A stretch of 64,000 nt of DNA from Octopus vulgaris. Its lineage: Eukaryota. Positions 1 through 13,414 of this stretch are shown in pieces. Under the pieces are notes generated by a model. The model ran no database searches. It was given only the letters and a program-made list of their open reading frames with translations, and was not told the origin of the DNA. The stretch spans positions 49,414,001 to 49,478,000 of the forward strand of contig OX597816.1 in the NCBI GenBank assembly GCA_951406725.2, given 5' to 3'. Every line of letters starts with the position of its first letter. Position 1 is the stretch's first letter. A program made the position numbers and the translations under genes.

Positions 1-786
1 CAAGAACAGCAAAAACGACACTATCAGCATAAACGACGCCAGTTGCAAATTTAACGAAAACACCAACAAAGAACCCCTGTAGCATTTCAGCAACAATTTT
101 GTCGAAGATCAATCACTGAAACACTACCATTACCGCTAATGTTCACGTTGTTATCTGTTAAAACATCTCTGAGAAAGGCTTAACGACCACGCTTTTTATG
201 AACCTAGATCCGCTTTCGTCATCCACAATAGGTTACACCCTTGGCGCAATTTGCTGAAAGTAATATTGTACACATCATTAACAATGTTGTGACAGCATTT
301 GGTTGAAGGGACAGTGAAACAGCGATACAAACGATCTTCCCGGTCTGTTATAATAGATAGTGGAGGTTGGATGTAACACGCTCAAAGGCAGTGAAATTAA
401 GGACATCTTACACTATCTGAGTCTGCTGGCCTGACTATGAACAAGGTTAACAAGTTAAGGACATTGCATTTAACACTTTTGTTACCAACCCGGTAACACC
501 CTAGATTTTAGTGACAAATATATGGAAGAACGGACATTTAAGGTCTTGGAAAGGGCTGGCTAAAGTGTTCGTGGGAGGGATTTTATCATATTACTCAATT
601 CCCCAACTACAATTGGAATATTCGCTTGCTGATGTATTTTTAACTCGTGTGTTTGTGATTTCGTTGTGCCTTAGATTCCGATGTAAAATTCCTGTATATT
701 TTAATATTCATGTACTACTACCAGGAACAGTGGTGATTGAGGGTCATGAAAAAGCTATGCTCGTCCTCAATGTCACCATAAGAACC

Positions 787-877
<91 letters not shown>
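787..877. repeat. (TAT)n / (TAA)n microsatellite, 3' flank of a Dong insertion
   Basis: Pure trinucleotide run read directly. Confidence 0.98.
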
Positions 878-880
<3 letters not shown>

Positions 881-1197
881 TAGTTTTATTTTTATAGCGT
901 GCTTTCACTTCACTACCGAGCGCAGCTCTGTGTGCCTTGGGTATGTGCTGTGATTTGTTGTGATGCTCTGATGGTTATTGTATGGAAAGTGTTCTGCGTA
1001 GGATGTGTGCAGTGCCTAGTAGTGCAATTTTCTGTATGTTATATGTGTTTGTAAGTCCTGGTGTTTTTGTTATGTATTTGTCTGAATATTTTTTTATCAT
1101 GCCTAATGCACCTACTATGACAGGAATTGTTTCTGTTTTCAGATTCCACATTCTAGTTACCTCTATTTCCAGGTCTTTGTATTTTGAGAGTTTCTCC
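878..1197 (-). mobile_element. Dong/R4-like non-LTR element subfamily A, 320-bp 5'-truncated 3' end
   Basis: Reverse complement is near-identical to 25001-25322 (EKLSKYKDLEIEVTRMWNLKTET...LRRTLSIQ plus 3'UTR); (TAT)n on both sides. Confidence 0.93.
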
Positions 1198-1294
<97 letters not shown>

Positions 1295-1314
1295 ATTATT
1301 ATTATTATTATTAT
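1198..1314. repeat. (TAT)n microsatellite between two stacked Dong fragments
   Basis: Direct reading. Confidence 0.97.
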
Positions 1315-1670
1315 TTCATGTCTGACCTTTGATTTGTAATTTTACAAGTTGACTCAAAGTGTCACCCAGAGACCTCAAGAGACAACAAGTTAGAAGCTCA
1401 ATTTGGTGTTATGACTAGAAAGCCATGTATTTGGTTTTGCACATAGTATTGTTGCACAGAATGTTTAAGAAAACCAAAAAAGTTATAAGTTTTTTTTAAA
1501 ATTTGGGATTCCATACACAGTTTGTTACGTAGGATATGGGCAGTTCCTTGGATCTCTTGGTATCTGAGGTAGGTAGGTAGGAATCTGACCCTTTTGCTAT
1601 TATCCCTATAGCACCGATGACAACAGGTATTGTTTCAGTGTTGAAGTCCCACATTTTGCCGATTTCCATT
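1315..1670 (-). mobile_element. Dong/R4-like subfamily B 3' fragment (decayed)
   Basis: Minus ORF MEIGKMWDFNTETIPVVIGAIGIIAKG matches the RLE C-terminus; 3'UTR homologous to 33040-33206. Confidence 0.82.
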
Positions 1671-1780
1671 ACACAACCACATCTGCATATTATATATATT
1701 CCATTGAATGTAAACCCGCACAATCTATGTCTGTCTTTGTATTGTCCTCCTCATCCTTCGCCCTGCTGGTAAAGAAAAGA

Positions 1781-1837
<57 letters not shown>

Positions 1838-1869
1838 TATTATTATTATTATTATTAAGTAACAAAATA

Positions 1870-2387
1870 ACGCTGGATTACGAAGCGAAACCCCAAATAC
1901 CTAACACAACAACTGTTTTATAAGCATACACCAAGCACATGCATCACAACCATATATGCGCGTCATGGTGATCTCATATCCTGATAAACAGAGCATGACC
2001 TTGCAGGTAGGACTCTCACAATTTTCTCCAGGTCGTGTAGCTTTTCCTGTTCAAAGATTTCTTTTAAACCTGATTAAGAGCTGTTTAAGGTGATGAATGA
2101 AACATGTGTTTCCAGAAGTTAATTTGTCAAATACCCCCAAAATTCCTCTCAACACACGGCTGCGATGCGTGACCCCTACGTTTGCTCATGATCAGAGATG
2201 CACATATGTCAGCTCGTCAGCCACTAAGGAACATGTTCAAGCAACTCAAGCAAATTAATGGTATTTAGCAGAATATTTGCTGTCGCCCATTTTTTACAGC
2301 AAAGCAAAATCATGTACATGATAACACCTCCAATGACTTAAGACTAAATGTCATGAGATTCGCTCCCTCGCATTGCATCGAGGCATT
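1870..2387 (-). mobile_element. Non-coding (TAA)n-embedded interspersed element, copy 1 (diverged, near full length)
   Basis: Homologous to 28478-28925, and in reverse to 25412-25773 and 10628-10782; (ATT)n on both sides. Strand follows the TAA-sense convention. Confidence 0.8.
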
Positions 2388-4445
2388 TATTATTATTATT
2401 ATTAATCATTTTCCATTGTGTGAACTATTTGCTGTTATGATTTCTTGGTTAAGACTTTCAGATGTTTTGAAAGATACATTTGCTTCATAATTGAGTACAC
2501 TATATCATTTTCTCCATCCCCGAGTAGAGAATTTAACATAGGATCTTATTATTAGATATCCTTTTGTGGAGCTTCATGCATGCGTGTGGGATTATCCGTT
2601 GAAACATACATTCATGGATTTCTAAATACTTCCATCTATATCTTAGTACATGTGTTAGAGACTCCTTTGTATAAATCTGATGCGTTTTCATGTGTAGATT
2701 TTCTTCTCTTCATTACTAAGTATTGAGGTGAAGTTACATTTCCGTTCTTATATATAAATATATATTTCTTTGATTACTTTATTCCGACCTCTGCAAAAAT
2801 CATCTTTATTTCGAATTTTTATTTCTTTTTTGTGTCTGTTCATCTTTCGATTTAGATCATTGTGGCGTTTGTACTTAAACTCGTTGTTTGTCTCAGAACA
2901 TATATTTTGCATGTGTGGTAGATGATTTCGTTCTTCTTTTCCTACTCTTATTGAGAATGTGTTTGCGTGGTGCGATAATGATACGATGCATTTATACGTT
3001 TTGGGGAACTTATCTAGTGTGTGTCGTTTCAGCTACCTTGCACATTGTATTATGTTTAATGTATTTTTGATAAGTTTATTTATTTCTCTTTCAGATATTT
3101 CTTTTAGTTTTATCATGAACTTCGATACATTAACTATTGCCTTTTGAGATATTTTACACCTTGCGTCTTCGTGTACATTTCTCCGTGACTTTTATAACTA
3201 TTTTATGATGTTTTTCGAGAGCGGTGCCGCGTAGAATGGAGAATTAGTATTCATAGGTATAGCGTTCTCATTTAAGAGTGGCTTTACTATACAAACAGTA
3301 CGTGGCTGTTCCTTTTGATGAAGATATTTTGAGAAGTGAATGTTTCTGAAGCAATTGTTGTATAGATTTCGAACCATACTTGTATTAAACACCCACGATT
3401 ACATTTATCCTAAACCATGAGTCATAGAATACTATGTTTGTCACTATGTTTCAAATGTTACATTAGTTTCGCAGCCTGTTTGAATTAAACTCACACTATG
3501 ACATTTATCGTACGCCATCACCCAGGGGTTATTACATTTGTTGCTGCTTGGTTTATGAAAGGAAATAATTAATCTGTTTTCAAATAGTATTTGCTATTAC
3601 TTTAACTTGGCTCATATCAATTTGCTTCTGTCCCATTGCGTACTAGTTCATTATTTTCATACACGTAAATTATTTCAACAAGGTGTTTTGTGTATATGAT
3701 TCACAGCTAGGATATAAGAGATAATATTACGTAAGCAAATCTGTATAAGATTATTTTCTACGGTTTTCGTTTTATATATTTAAGTTCTTCTTCGAGTTAA
3801 TGATGTTGTTAAATTTATTTTATAGAACGCTACATTTCTACGTTCACATAGCTATTCATAAAAATTAATCAGTAAAATAATAATCTGACTCCTTACTTTC
3901 CTTCTTCTCCGCCCCCTCCATATCATTATCTTTCTTACTCTTCTGTTTCTCCATCTCCTCCCATTCCTCATTATCATTTCACTTTCACCGTAATCATTAT
4001 ATGAAGTTTGCACTGGTAGCAACGTGTGATTGATAGCACTACACAACAACTCAGTTTGTTTATCTACATTAAAGTGTAACCTTACAATATCAGTTGTAAT
4101 TAAACGCCAAATTAAATAATAACCACAGTATTAATTAAATCGTAATCGTATTAATATCTGGAAAACAAAATTTAATTATTTTAAATAAGATTGAAGTCGT
4201 TAAATATATATTTGTATAACATTATGAGAATTATATAGTTTACTCTTGATAAAAAACAGTGTATAATGTTTACTGTTAACATACCATAAATAGTAATAGA
4301 ATATAATTTGTGGCTATCTATTTCATAGAAATAATGCTGCAAAATGAATTAAATTTCGCGTTTATTCATAGCGCTTATTCGGAATATCCAAGCTTGATAG
4401 CCGAAAATAGGGAAGAAATCATTATATCTATACACACCCCTCTCG

Positions 4446-4617
4446 CTCTTTACTGTTTTACTCTTTTACTTGTTTCAGTCATTTGACTGTGGCCATGCTG
4501 GAGCACCGCGTTTAGTCGAGCAAATCGACCCCAAGACTTATTCTTTGTAAGCCTAGTACTTATTCTACCGATGTTGGGGGGACAAACACAGACACACAAT
4601 GCATATACACACACGAT

Positions 4618-4648
<31 letters not shown>

Positions 4649-4820
4649 CACACACATATATATGCATATATACGACGGGCTTCTTGCAGTTTCCGTCTAC
4701 CAAATCTACTCACAAGGCTTTGGTCGGCCCGAGGCTATAGTAGAAGGCACTTACCCAAGGTGCCACGCAGTGGGACTGAACTCGGAACCATGTGGTTGGT
4801 AAACAATCTACTTACCACAC
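4446..4820 (-). mobile_element. tRNA-derived SINE family 1 (internal (TA/CA)n microsatellite, GTAAAAGA tail)
   Basis: Matches copies at 5571, 36568 and 42136; B-box-like GTTCAGTCCC and CORE-like ACCTTGGGCAAGT motif. Confidence 0.9.
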
Positions 4821-5570
4821 GAATTAACTCGAAGAACATGCGATTGAATGAATCCTTTCCTCTAAAGACCAAGCAGAGCTCATCTAATGCGCTTTGGTAA
4901 ATTATTATCCATCTAATTTCAGCGATGAAACCTGGATTGACCCATGGGTATAGTAGAAAATACTTGCCCAATGTGCAGTGCATTGAATAGAATCTGGAAG
5001 GCGATCTATTCTGTTCCCATATTTAAAAACAATATTGCTATTTGTCCTAAAGGGAATCTATCCATAGTCACTCGACCTGATAGAAGGGGCAGCGATATCT
5101 TCTTACTCTATTAACAATGCACACAAGATAACTTGTTATGTAGAATATGCCTGGAGAAATTGTAGGATGGTTATGTCTGTGGTAATTCTCATCAAAAGTC
5201 TGTACTAGCAGAGCTGAGATGAAGGAAAATTATAACAAAACTAAGTGAAAACACATAAAAAGCAAACAATTGTAGACACCACTACGTCCTCTTTTAATCA
5301 TCTCGAAAAGGCGAGCACAGTTTGGTTAAAGCATTCATCTTTGAGGAATCCAGTGGAAAATATTGACTGCAATGCACATGCTGGTATAGCAATCTGTCGT
5401 ATGCATGTAAGCATACGCGCACGTGTTTGCGTGTGTGTAATTTTAATATGAAAAGATTGATTAAATAGGCTTTGATGCATATCACTATTATTGTCTTAAC
5501 ACAGCAGTTGTTGATTGCTAAAAATTTTACATATAATCAATAGGTGTAGGAGTGGCTGTGCAGTAAGCGA

Positions 5571-5982
5571 TAGGCGTAGGAGTGGCTGTGAGGTAAGTAG
5601 CTTACTTACCAGCCACATGGTTCCGGGTTCAGTCCCACTGCGTAGCATCTTGGGCAAGTGTCTTCTATTATAGCCTCGGGCCGCCCAAAGTGGATTTGGT
5701 AGACGAAAACTGAAAGAAACCCGTCGTATATATGTATGTATAAATATATTTTGTATGTGTGTGTATATGTTTGTGTGTCTGTGTTTGTCTCTCCCAGCAT
5801 CGCTTGACAGCCGATACCGATGTGTTTACGTCCCCGTCACTTAGCGGTTCGACAAAACAGACCGATAGAATAAGTACTAGGCTTACAAAGAATAAGTCCT
5901 GTGGTCGATTTGCTCGACTAAAGGCGGTGCTCCAGCATGGCCACAGTCAAATGACTGAAACAAGTAAAAGAGTAAAAGAGTA
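5571..5982 (+). mobile_element. SINE family 1, with a duplicated head at 5540-5570
   Basis: AGGAGTGGCTGTG(A)GGTAAG A-box, GGTTCAGTCCC B-box, tail GACTGAAACAAGTAAAAGAG. Confidence 0.92.
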
Positions 5983-6495
5983 ATATAGTATAAATCTTAA
6001 CATATACATGTAACATTCACCAATTAACAGCTGCTGAAAATGATGCGTTGAAACAATTGTAGTGATATGTAATAAAGCATATTCTATCCACCTTAACATT
6101 TTCTCGTTCTCTACTCTCCGATTATTTCCGGATTACCAGAAGTGTATCCAGTGAAAAAAGAAGTCCTACTATATAATAGTATTTGGTAGGAGGTCTGGAA
6201 AGTACACTATATATTAGATCCCAGATGATATATACATATATATATATCTTTGTGTGTGTGTATAACATACAAGATGTTCATAAGTGTTGATATTTAATGC
6301 TCTAGGAATCTTATATGATTAAAGGTAACATACTTAGAATAATCTAACGGGATATATCTCTAAATTCGTATCCTATGAGAATTACTAGAGGATTCATATA
6401 CTAACCGTTGTTGAATAACCTATTTTGAATGCCTAACTGTGAGCAAACCAATAGATGTTTGGAGAAATCTCATACTAATTACTAATATGTGTGTG

Positions 6496-6569
<74 letters not shown>

Positions 6570-6649
6570 TATACATATATATTAACAGCGTAGATTTTCA
6601 TTATAAAAAAAAATGTATGAAGCCATTTTTATGCAAATTTAGTTAATTG

Positions 6650-7077
6650 TGTGAAGCTTCCTTTACGGTTTGTATTTTTTTTTTACAGATACTGTAAAGT
6701 GAGTCATGCCGAACAATTTAAATCGAGATCAAAGAACGTAGATACTAAAGCAGTATTAGAAGTCGGTAATTGCCGGGCTTGTGCGCACAGCATGGCAAGA
6801 AGCCTATCACACTCCTGAACCTTCATGCCAGACAATTTATCGGATATGGAAGAAATTTGATACCACAGGTTCAGGGAGTAATGCACCGAAATCTGGACGC
6901 CCTAAGATTTCTGTGACTGAAAAAAATGAGATGTTAGTGGCTATGATATTTGTGAACAGTCCAAAGAAGTTCACAAGATTGTGCTTCTCTAGAACTAACC
7001 ATAACAAAAACATATTGCAACGCCTAATGCTTAGCTGAAATTAAAACGTGATAAATGTAGACCTACTTTTGGACCAC

Positions 7078-7083
<6 letters not shown>
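6650..7083 (+). mobile_element. Tc1/mariner-superfamily transposon fragment (transposase HTH remnant)
   Basis: QTIYRIWKKFDTTGS...PKSGRPK N-terminal motif; ends in a TIR-like CTACTTTTGGACCACACTT followed by TA. Confidence 0.6.
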
Positions 7084-7131
<48 letters not shown>

Positions 7132-7159
7132 ACATATGAGATCTTTAGAAATGTTTTTT

Positions 7160-8350
7160 CAAAAGCTCACTGCATCTATCTTATGAAAGGATCGATATTA
7201 TGGTCAATTCTTTTAATAGGTATAGAGTTGTAGATATTGGAAGACAAATACCAATGTAGGTCTGATGCAGATGAGAGTCCCTTACTATGGAAAGAGAATT
7301 ATTGAAAAGTAGTTTTATCTTCTGGGCAGGCGCATTATGGAAGAACAAGAGATATATGCAGAGAAATGGATTCTTTCTGATGATAGATGGAGTATTATCT
7401 AGATCAGGTGTCTTGATGCTTTGTTTCTTTAATATTCTAAGAATTTGAGCGAATTATCTGTTACTTTAACTACTCCAGATCAGCTTGTTATATACCAGTT
7501 TGCGTTTGAAAGCTGGATAATTGTCACATTCAGAGTTACGTACGCGATTTTACCAAGAATCGTCAGGCAAATTGCCTCAATTTTATTTTTAGATTACTGC
7601 AAAGCATTTGAAACGACCAACGAAAATGCCATATTATATGTCCTGCTGAATTATATGTCAGATGAGAATGTCAGAGCCAACATAATCATTTGTGAAAATG
7701 CATCTAGATTTGAGCAAAGTACAGACGGTTCATATAAAAATTTTCCAACAATAGTAGGAACACTTGAGAGAGGTAGTCTGGCACCTTTTTCTCACAATAC
7801 AAGTCAGGGTGTGATCAGCATCTTGGGTCTTATGTTGCAATCTGTAGGGACGTCTCCTAACTCGAAAGAGACAATCTAGGATTGCTTGAAATATGCATCA
7901 ATGTATCTGGCCATCAAGAATTTAAAAGTGAAAAGGCTCTTTCTTCAGCACAATTGTAAAGAGAAAATTTCTCTATGGACCTGAGACTTAGACTAGGAGA
8001 AAAGTGCTTCAAATTCCCTTGATGTTAAGAGGACCAAGGTACTTAGAACTTCTCAAAACATCACAAAACCTAAATGGAGATTTAAGGCTCTATTCCACTA
8101 TTTTAGGTATCTGTACGATTCCTTCTCAATATAGGTTAGGCTTTGCTGTCCAAAGCCATGATGCTGTACATCACAACACATCAGATGCCGTTTTTAAAAG
8201 AAACCTCCACCCAGTGACAAAGGATATACACCATTTACTTACATCGATATTATGAAACAACGCAAAATTGAAGACCTACCAAAGTTAATGGGTTAATAGG
8301 AAACAGAGGTCCTCGGAGCAGAATGGTGAAAGGCAATTCGGTCGCAACTG
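7160..8350 (+). mobile_element. Heavily decayed RTE-like LINE fragment
   Basis: RT remnants LFLDYCKAFET and GTLERGSLAPF; C-terminal RLGFA and TYID-like remnants. Confidence 0.5.
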
Positions 8351-8802
8351 CTTAAAGGAAAATAGTACGCCATATTACAATTTCAGAATAGCTAATGTAA
8401 TAGTTGGTCACTATGAAAGATAGCGAAACAAATAAGATGTATAATTATAATGTTCTAGGAGAAATAGATTTATCCTTTGTCCAGTTTACTCGTGAGACGA
8501 ATAAGAAGTTATATGAGGTGGGTGAATAAACAGATATGCTATTAAACTATATTGCATGCACAAGGAGTGGGTCGCGTATATATATGAACATGTTTCCTAA
8601 AGTATCGAAATAAAATGGGATTTTAAGATATATACGTATATAGGGAGTAGAAAGAGGAAGAAAGTGAAATTAAAGATATGTTTTATTGAGATATATATAT
8701 AAGAACTGGTGGGAAGATGCGAAACTTTGAAGAGAAAATCTAGCCAAAGCATGCAAACGTATATGCATACATATGTGTGTATGTGCGTGTATGTGTGTGT
8801 AT

Positions 8803-8835
<33 letters not shown>

Positions 8836-9311
8836 TGAAAAAGAAAGTGTTTGTTTGTATGTGTATGTATAGAGATTTAAGTAAAAAGAAAACAAATAAA
8901 TGTATATATATATATATATACACACAAATACAAGGAAATAATAACCATTAACGTCGGAGGGTAATAAATAGAACAAAAGTGAATGATTATGTCAGAAGAC
9001 AGTTTGTTGAGAATGCAAAAGTGTGAAGTATAAACTACCTAGGGAGTGATACTTAAAAAAATATAAATCAGTGAAATGATCGATGGAAGAAGAATTCCAC
9101 AAGAAATAAAACTTCTATCCCTATAAATTTATAGCGCAAGGAAAAAGTAACTGACAGTAGTAAGTAAATAGATAGACGAGGATTTTGTGTCTACGTAAAA
9201 GTAGTATACAATGGTTTAATATCATAGAGATTACCTATATTCCATGAAGTATGGACGCAATTGAAGAAGAAACCATCGAAGATAGATATAAATGTATGTT
9301 TATATAAACTG

Positions 9312-9366
<55 letters not shown>

Positions 9367-9466
9367 TATATAAATATACTTCTAAACATCAGAAAAAATC
9401 ATGCATATTTATCGAGCTGTCTATCTATTTATGCTTCAGACGAAGTGAACTCGTGAAATTTGCATA

Positions 9467-9544
<78 letters not shown>

Positions 9545-9547
9545 TAT

Positions 9548-9820
9548 GTCTGCTTTGCCGTCCTTGTTTTTGTATACATTCGATGCTTTCTTCCAAGGAA
9601 TCGAATATTCTTAGTTTAGTTTTTCCTTGGGGTTGGCGAGATTGGAGCAATCTCAAGATTAATCAACCGAAATTGCGAGGATGATCTGGTTCTTGACTGA
9701 GGATAGAAAGCTTCCAATGACCCGTCTTTGTTTTTTTGTATTGTCTATCTGGATGTCTTGTTGTCCCTTTTTGTATCACATAGTTGTCTGGATGTTTTGC
9801 GTTCTTGTCCCATTTTGTAT
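9548..9820 (+). mobile_element. Possible Penelope-like terminal remnant between (TA)n tracts
   Basis: Bounded by (TA)n; contains hammerhead-like CTGAGGA-TA-GAAAGCTTC at 9697-9714. Confidence 0.35.
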
Positions 9821-9859
9821 TATATATATATATATATATATAAATATATATATATAATG

Positions 9860-9952
<93 letters not shown>

Positions 9953-10015
9953 GTAACAATAATAACAATGATAATAATAATAATAATAAAAATAGTAATA
10001 ATAATAATAATTATA

Positions 10016-10115
10016 ATAACCATCAGAGCATCACAACAAATCACAGCACATACCCAAGGCACACAGAGCTGCGCTCGGCAGTGAAGTTAAAGCAGGCTAT
10101 AAAAATAAAAATAAT
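10016..10115 (+). mobile_element. Dong subfamily A, 3'UTR-only fragment (~100 bp)
   Basis: Matches 25221-25320; (TAA)n on both sides. Confidence 0.9.
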
Positions 10116-10120
10116 GAATG

Positions 10121-10194
<74 letters not shown>

Positions 10195-10195
<1 letters not shown>

Positions 10196-10615
10196 TCGTT
10201 TCTTGGCCACAAGGGCTAACAAAAGTTAATTAAAACACAAAGGGACAAAACACAAGACGAAAGTTACAAATGGTTTGGACGTTTGAAAAAAGTCCGTGTA
10301 CAAAAGCAGGATAACAACGAAATGTAAGTAACAATTAAAACTCCCAATTGGGGGAGGCGCTTCGAAAAGTTACTCGTGGAAAAACCTATAAAAGCCACGA
10401 GAGCCTGGTCAAAAGGGGGGTAAAGAGCCCCTTTCTCCTTTTATATTTCCCTTTAATTTTTCACAGGTGTATCCTCAGAATTGGTCCGTTCATACTGGCC
10501 ATTCTTGCGACATTCACCCACCTTTCAATAAGCTTGCTACCAGACAGCACTTCCCTCTATACTATCATCTTCCTTTTCAAGTGAAACTTGAAAACATTGA
10601 TGAGTTTATCCCGAA
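10195..10615 (-). mobile_element. L1/Tx1-clade LINE 3' end (ORF2 C-terminus plus 3'UTR)
   Basis: Minus strand reads LINVFKFHLKRKMIV*REVLSGSKLIERWVNVARMASMNGPILRIHL*, resembling Tx1-type ORF2 ends. Confidence 0.6.
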
Positions 10616-10627
10616 CAGGCAGAGCCC

Positions 10628-10782
10628 CTGTTTATCTTGATATGAGATCACCATGTTGCGCACATATGGTTGTGATGCATGTGCCTGGTGTACCCTTATG
10701 AGACGGGTAGACATGATGGGTATACTGGGCTTCGTATATTTTACCTCAGTGTCACTTTGATGGTATGGATGCGCTCTGAGTC
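10628..10782 (+). mobile_element. Non-coding (TAA)n-embedded element, copy 2 (one terminal 155 bp)
   Basis: Overlaps the reverse complements of 1920-1990 and 28478-28525; followed by (TAA)n; 13-bp stem 10683-10695/10718-10730. Confidence 0.8.
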
Positions 10783-10804
10783 GATAATAATAATAATAAT
10801 AATG

Positions 10805-10850
<46 letters not shown>

Positions 10851-10852
<2 letters not shown>

Positions 10853-13184
10853 TGAACTTGAAGAACAGAAATGGGAAGCAATAGGAATAGAGGAGCTAAG
10901 GTGTGTCCTTAGGAAGGCTCATAAATGGAAAACCCCAGGACTGGATCGGATCCCTAACTTCTGGCTGAATTGTTTGACAGAGGTACACGAACATCTCGCT
11001 GCATCTCTGTCTGATGTCATTCAGAACCCAGAGCAAATACCTGCTTGGCTGACTGAAGGAACCACCTACCTATTACCTAAAACCGAAGACACAAAAAACC
11101 CAAAGAATTACCGGCCAATAACATGTCTCAACACCACCTACAAAATCCTCACATCCATAATAACGGAGAGAATGTACGCTTTCCTTGAACAAAATTCTAT
11201 CCTTCAACAAGCTCAAAAAGGTTGTAAAAGAAACTCTTATGGGTGCAAAGACCAATTGCTCACAAACAGAATGATTGTAGAGAATTGCCGGAGCAAAAAC
11301 AAAAACCTGAGTATGGCATGGATAGACTACAGGAAAGCGTATGACAGTGTCCCACATAAATGGATACTCAAGGCCCTTGAGATATACAAGATCTCTCCTG
11401 TCGTCTCAAAATTCTTAGAGAATAGCATGACCATGTGGAACACACGTCTCTTTTTAAGCCATAGTAATGGGATGAGCCAGTCCAACAGCATCAACATCAA
11501 ACGAGGCATCTTTCAAGGTGACTCCCTCTCTCCATTACTTTTTTGCATGGCACTGATCCCACTCTCAAACGAATTGGATAGTACTAGATATGGGTACAAA
11601 GTTTTTAGTAAATTAATAAACCATCTTTTCTATATGGACGACCTAAAGCTGTTTGCCAGGAATGACCAAGAGCTAGAAGGGCTGCTAACAACTGTTAAAG
11701 AGTTTAGCAATGATATCGGAATGGATTTTGGCCTTGATAAGTGTGCTAAAGCAACTTTTGTAAGAGGCAAGCTCAAGCAAACAGCTTCTGTTAAATTAGA
11801 TATTGACACTACCATCAAGGAACTTGACCCACAGGAAAGTTACAAATACCTAGGAATCAACGAAGGAGATGGTATACATCATGCTACTATGAAGGAAAAA
11901 ATAAGAAAGGAATACTATAGGAGAATAAGGCTTGTACTGAAGACTGAGCTCAACTCCAAAAATTGCATTGAGGCCATTAACACCCTGGCACTTCCAGTAG
12001 TCCAGTACAGTTTTAATATCATTAACTGGAACCTTACGGAACTCCAACGCTTAGACAGGAAGACAAGAAAGTTACTGACATCCAGGAGCATGCACCACCC
12101 TAAGGCAGATGTAGACCGCTTGTACCTACCTAGAAGCAGCGGGGGGAGAGGAATGATGCAATTAGAGCTGTGCTATAAGACCTCTACTGTAGGAATGAAC
12201 AGGTACCTATCTAGTACAAAGGACTGGATGCTGCGACTTGTGCGCGAACACGAAAGCAACAAAAAGCTGCATTCTATTGTCAAGGAAGCTTATAAGTTCG
12301 AAAGGGAACTAGACATTAACCTTGAATCAGATGAGGAGCCGGAAACCACTGCTACCAAGCAAGCAAAGCGAATCAAGCAGACTGCAAAAAAGAACGGGCA
12401 GAATCAAATTGAGAGGCGGTGGAGCCAGAAGCCCCTGCATGGACAATATATTCTCCGAAGCCAAAATGCTGATGTAGACCAAGCAACAACCCATCAGTGG
12501 CTGAAGAGCTCTGGATTGAAAGCAGAGACTGAAGGTTTCATAATGGCAGCACAAGATCAAAGCTTGTTTACCAGAAATTACCAGGCTAACGTTCTCCGAA
12601 ACGGTACTGACCCTAAATGCAGATTCTGCGACACATTTGACGAAACGATAGACCATCTCGTTTCGGGATGTCCTGTGCTGACACCAAACGAATACAAAAA
12701 TCGCCACGATAGGGTAGGACAGTATATACATTGGAAGATATGTAAACACTACAAATCCGACATTCCTGCTAACTGGTACGAACACCATCCTCAGCCAGTT
12801 GTTGAAGGTAAAGATGTCACCATCCTCTGGGATTTTCCAGTCAACACTGACAGAACGATCAAGGCTAATCGACCAGACATAATTGTTAAGGACAGGGAAG
12901 AAAATACCTGCAGACTAATAGAAGTAAGCGTCCCCACTGATAAAAATGTATCTGTCAAGGAATTTGACAAACTTAGTAAATATAAGGACCTGGAAATCGA
13001 AATACAGAGGATGTGGAATCTTAAAACAAAAACTGTTCCTGTTATTGTAGGTGCCCTAGGTATGATAAAAAAGGGATGTCAGAAACACCTAGACAATATC
13101 CCTGGAAAACCATGTCTCAAGGAAATCCAAAAGATTGTGCTAACAAGTACTGCCCACATCCTTAGAAAAACCCTATCAATGTAA
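10851..13184 (+). CDS. Reverse transcriptase / CCHC zinc knuckle / restriction-like endonuclease (R4/Dong clade), N-terminally truncated open frame
   Basis: Frame is open from 10851 (YELEEQ...KWKTPGLDRIPNFWL); motifs YRPITCL, WIDYRKAYDSV, RGIFQGDSLSPLLF, YMDD, CRFC..ETIDHLVSGC, RHD, NRPDII, LIEV, KYKDL; native start lost. Confidence 0.9.
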
Positions 13185-13338
13185 ATGTCTGTGTTTGCAT
13201 TACATGGAGATATATCTCTACTTCCTCCCCAAGCTTTCAGCTGTATTTCAACAACTCTTAACCTTCACTTGCCCTAGGGCGCTGGGTGTGCCCGGCAGGT
13301 GATTGCATCAAACATGCAGATTAAAAGTAAATGACAAT
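10852..13338 (+). mobile_element. Dong/R4-clade non-LTR retrotransposon subfamily C, 5'-truncated, inserted in (TAA)n
   Basis: (TAA)n on both sides; intact RT-CCHC-RLE frame and structured 3'UTR. Confidence 0.95.
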
Positions 13339-13339
13339 G

Positions 13340-13411
<72 letters not shown>

Positions 13412-13414
<3 letters not shown>

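Noticed and set aside
511-1293. ORFs with poly-Y/I/L/N/E or YI/HT/CV runs here and throughout the window
   Set aside because: Translations of microsatellites and of antisense strands of transposons; no coding signal
2400-3450. Possible old LINE fragments on the minus strand (also 57700-58800)
   Set aside because: Composition is suggestive, but no diagnostic motif was recoverable without a profile search
4450-5983. Recurrent ORFs ending QMTETSKRVK or GLNPEPCGW
   Set aside because: Chance frames in SINE family 1, not a protein family
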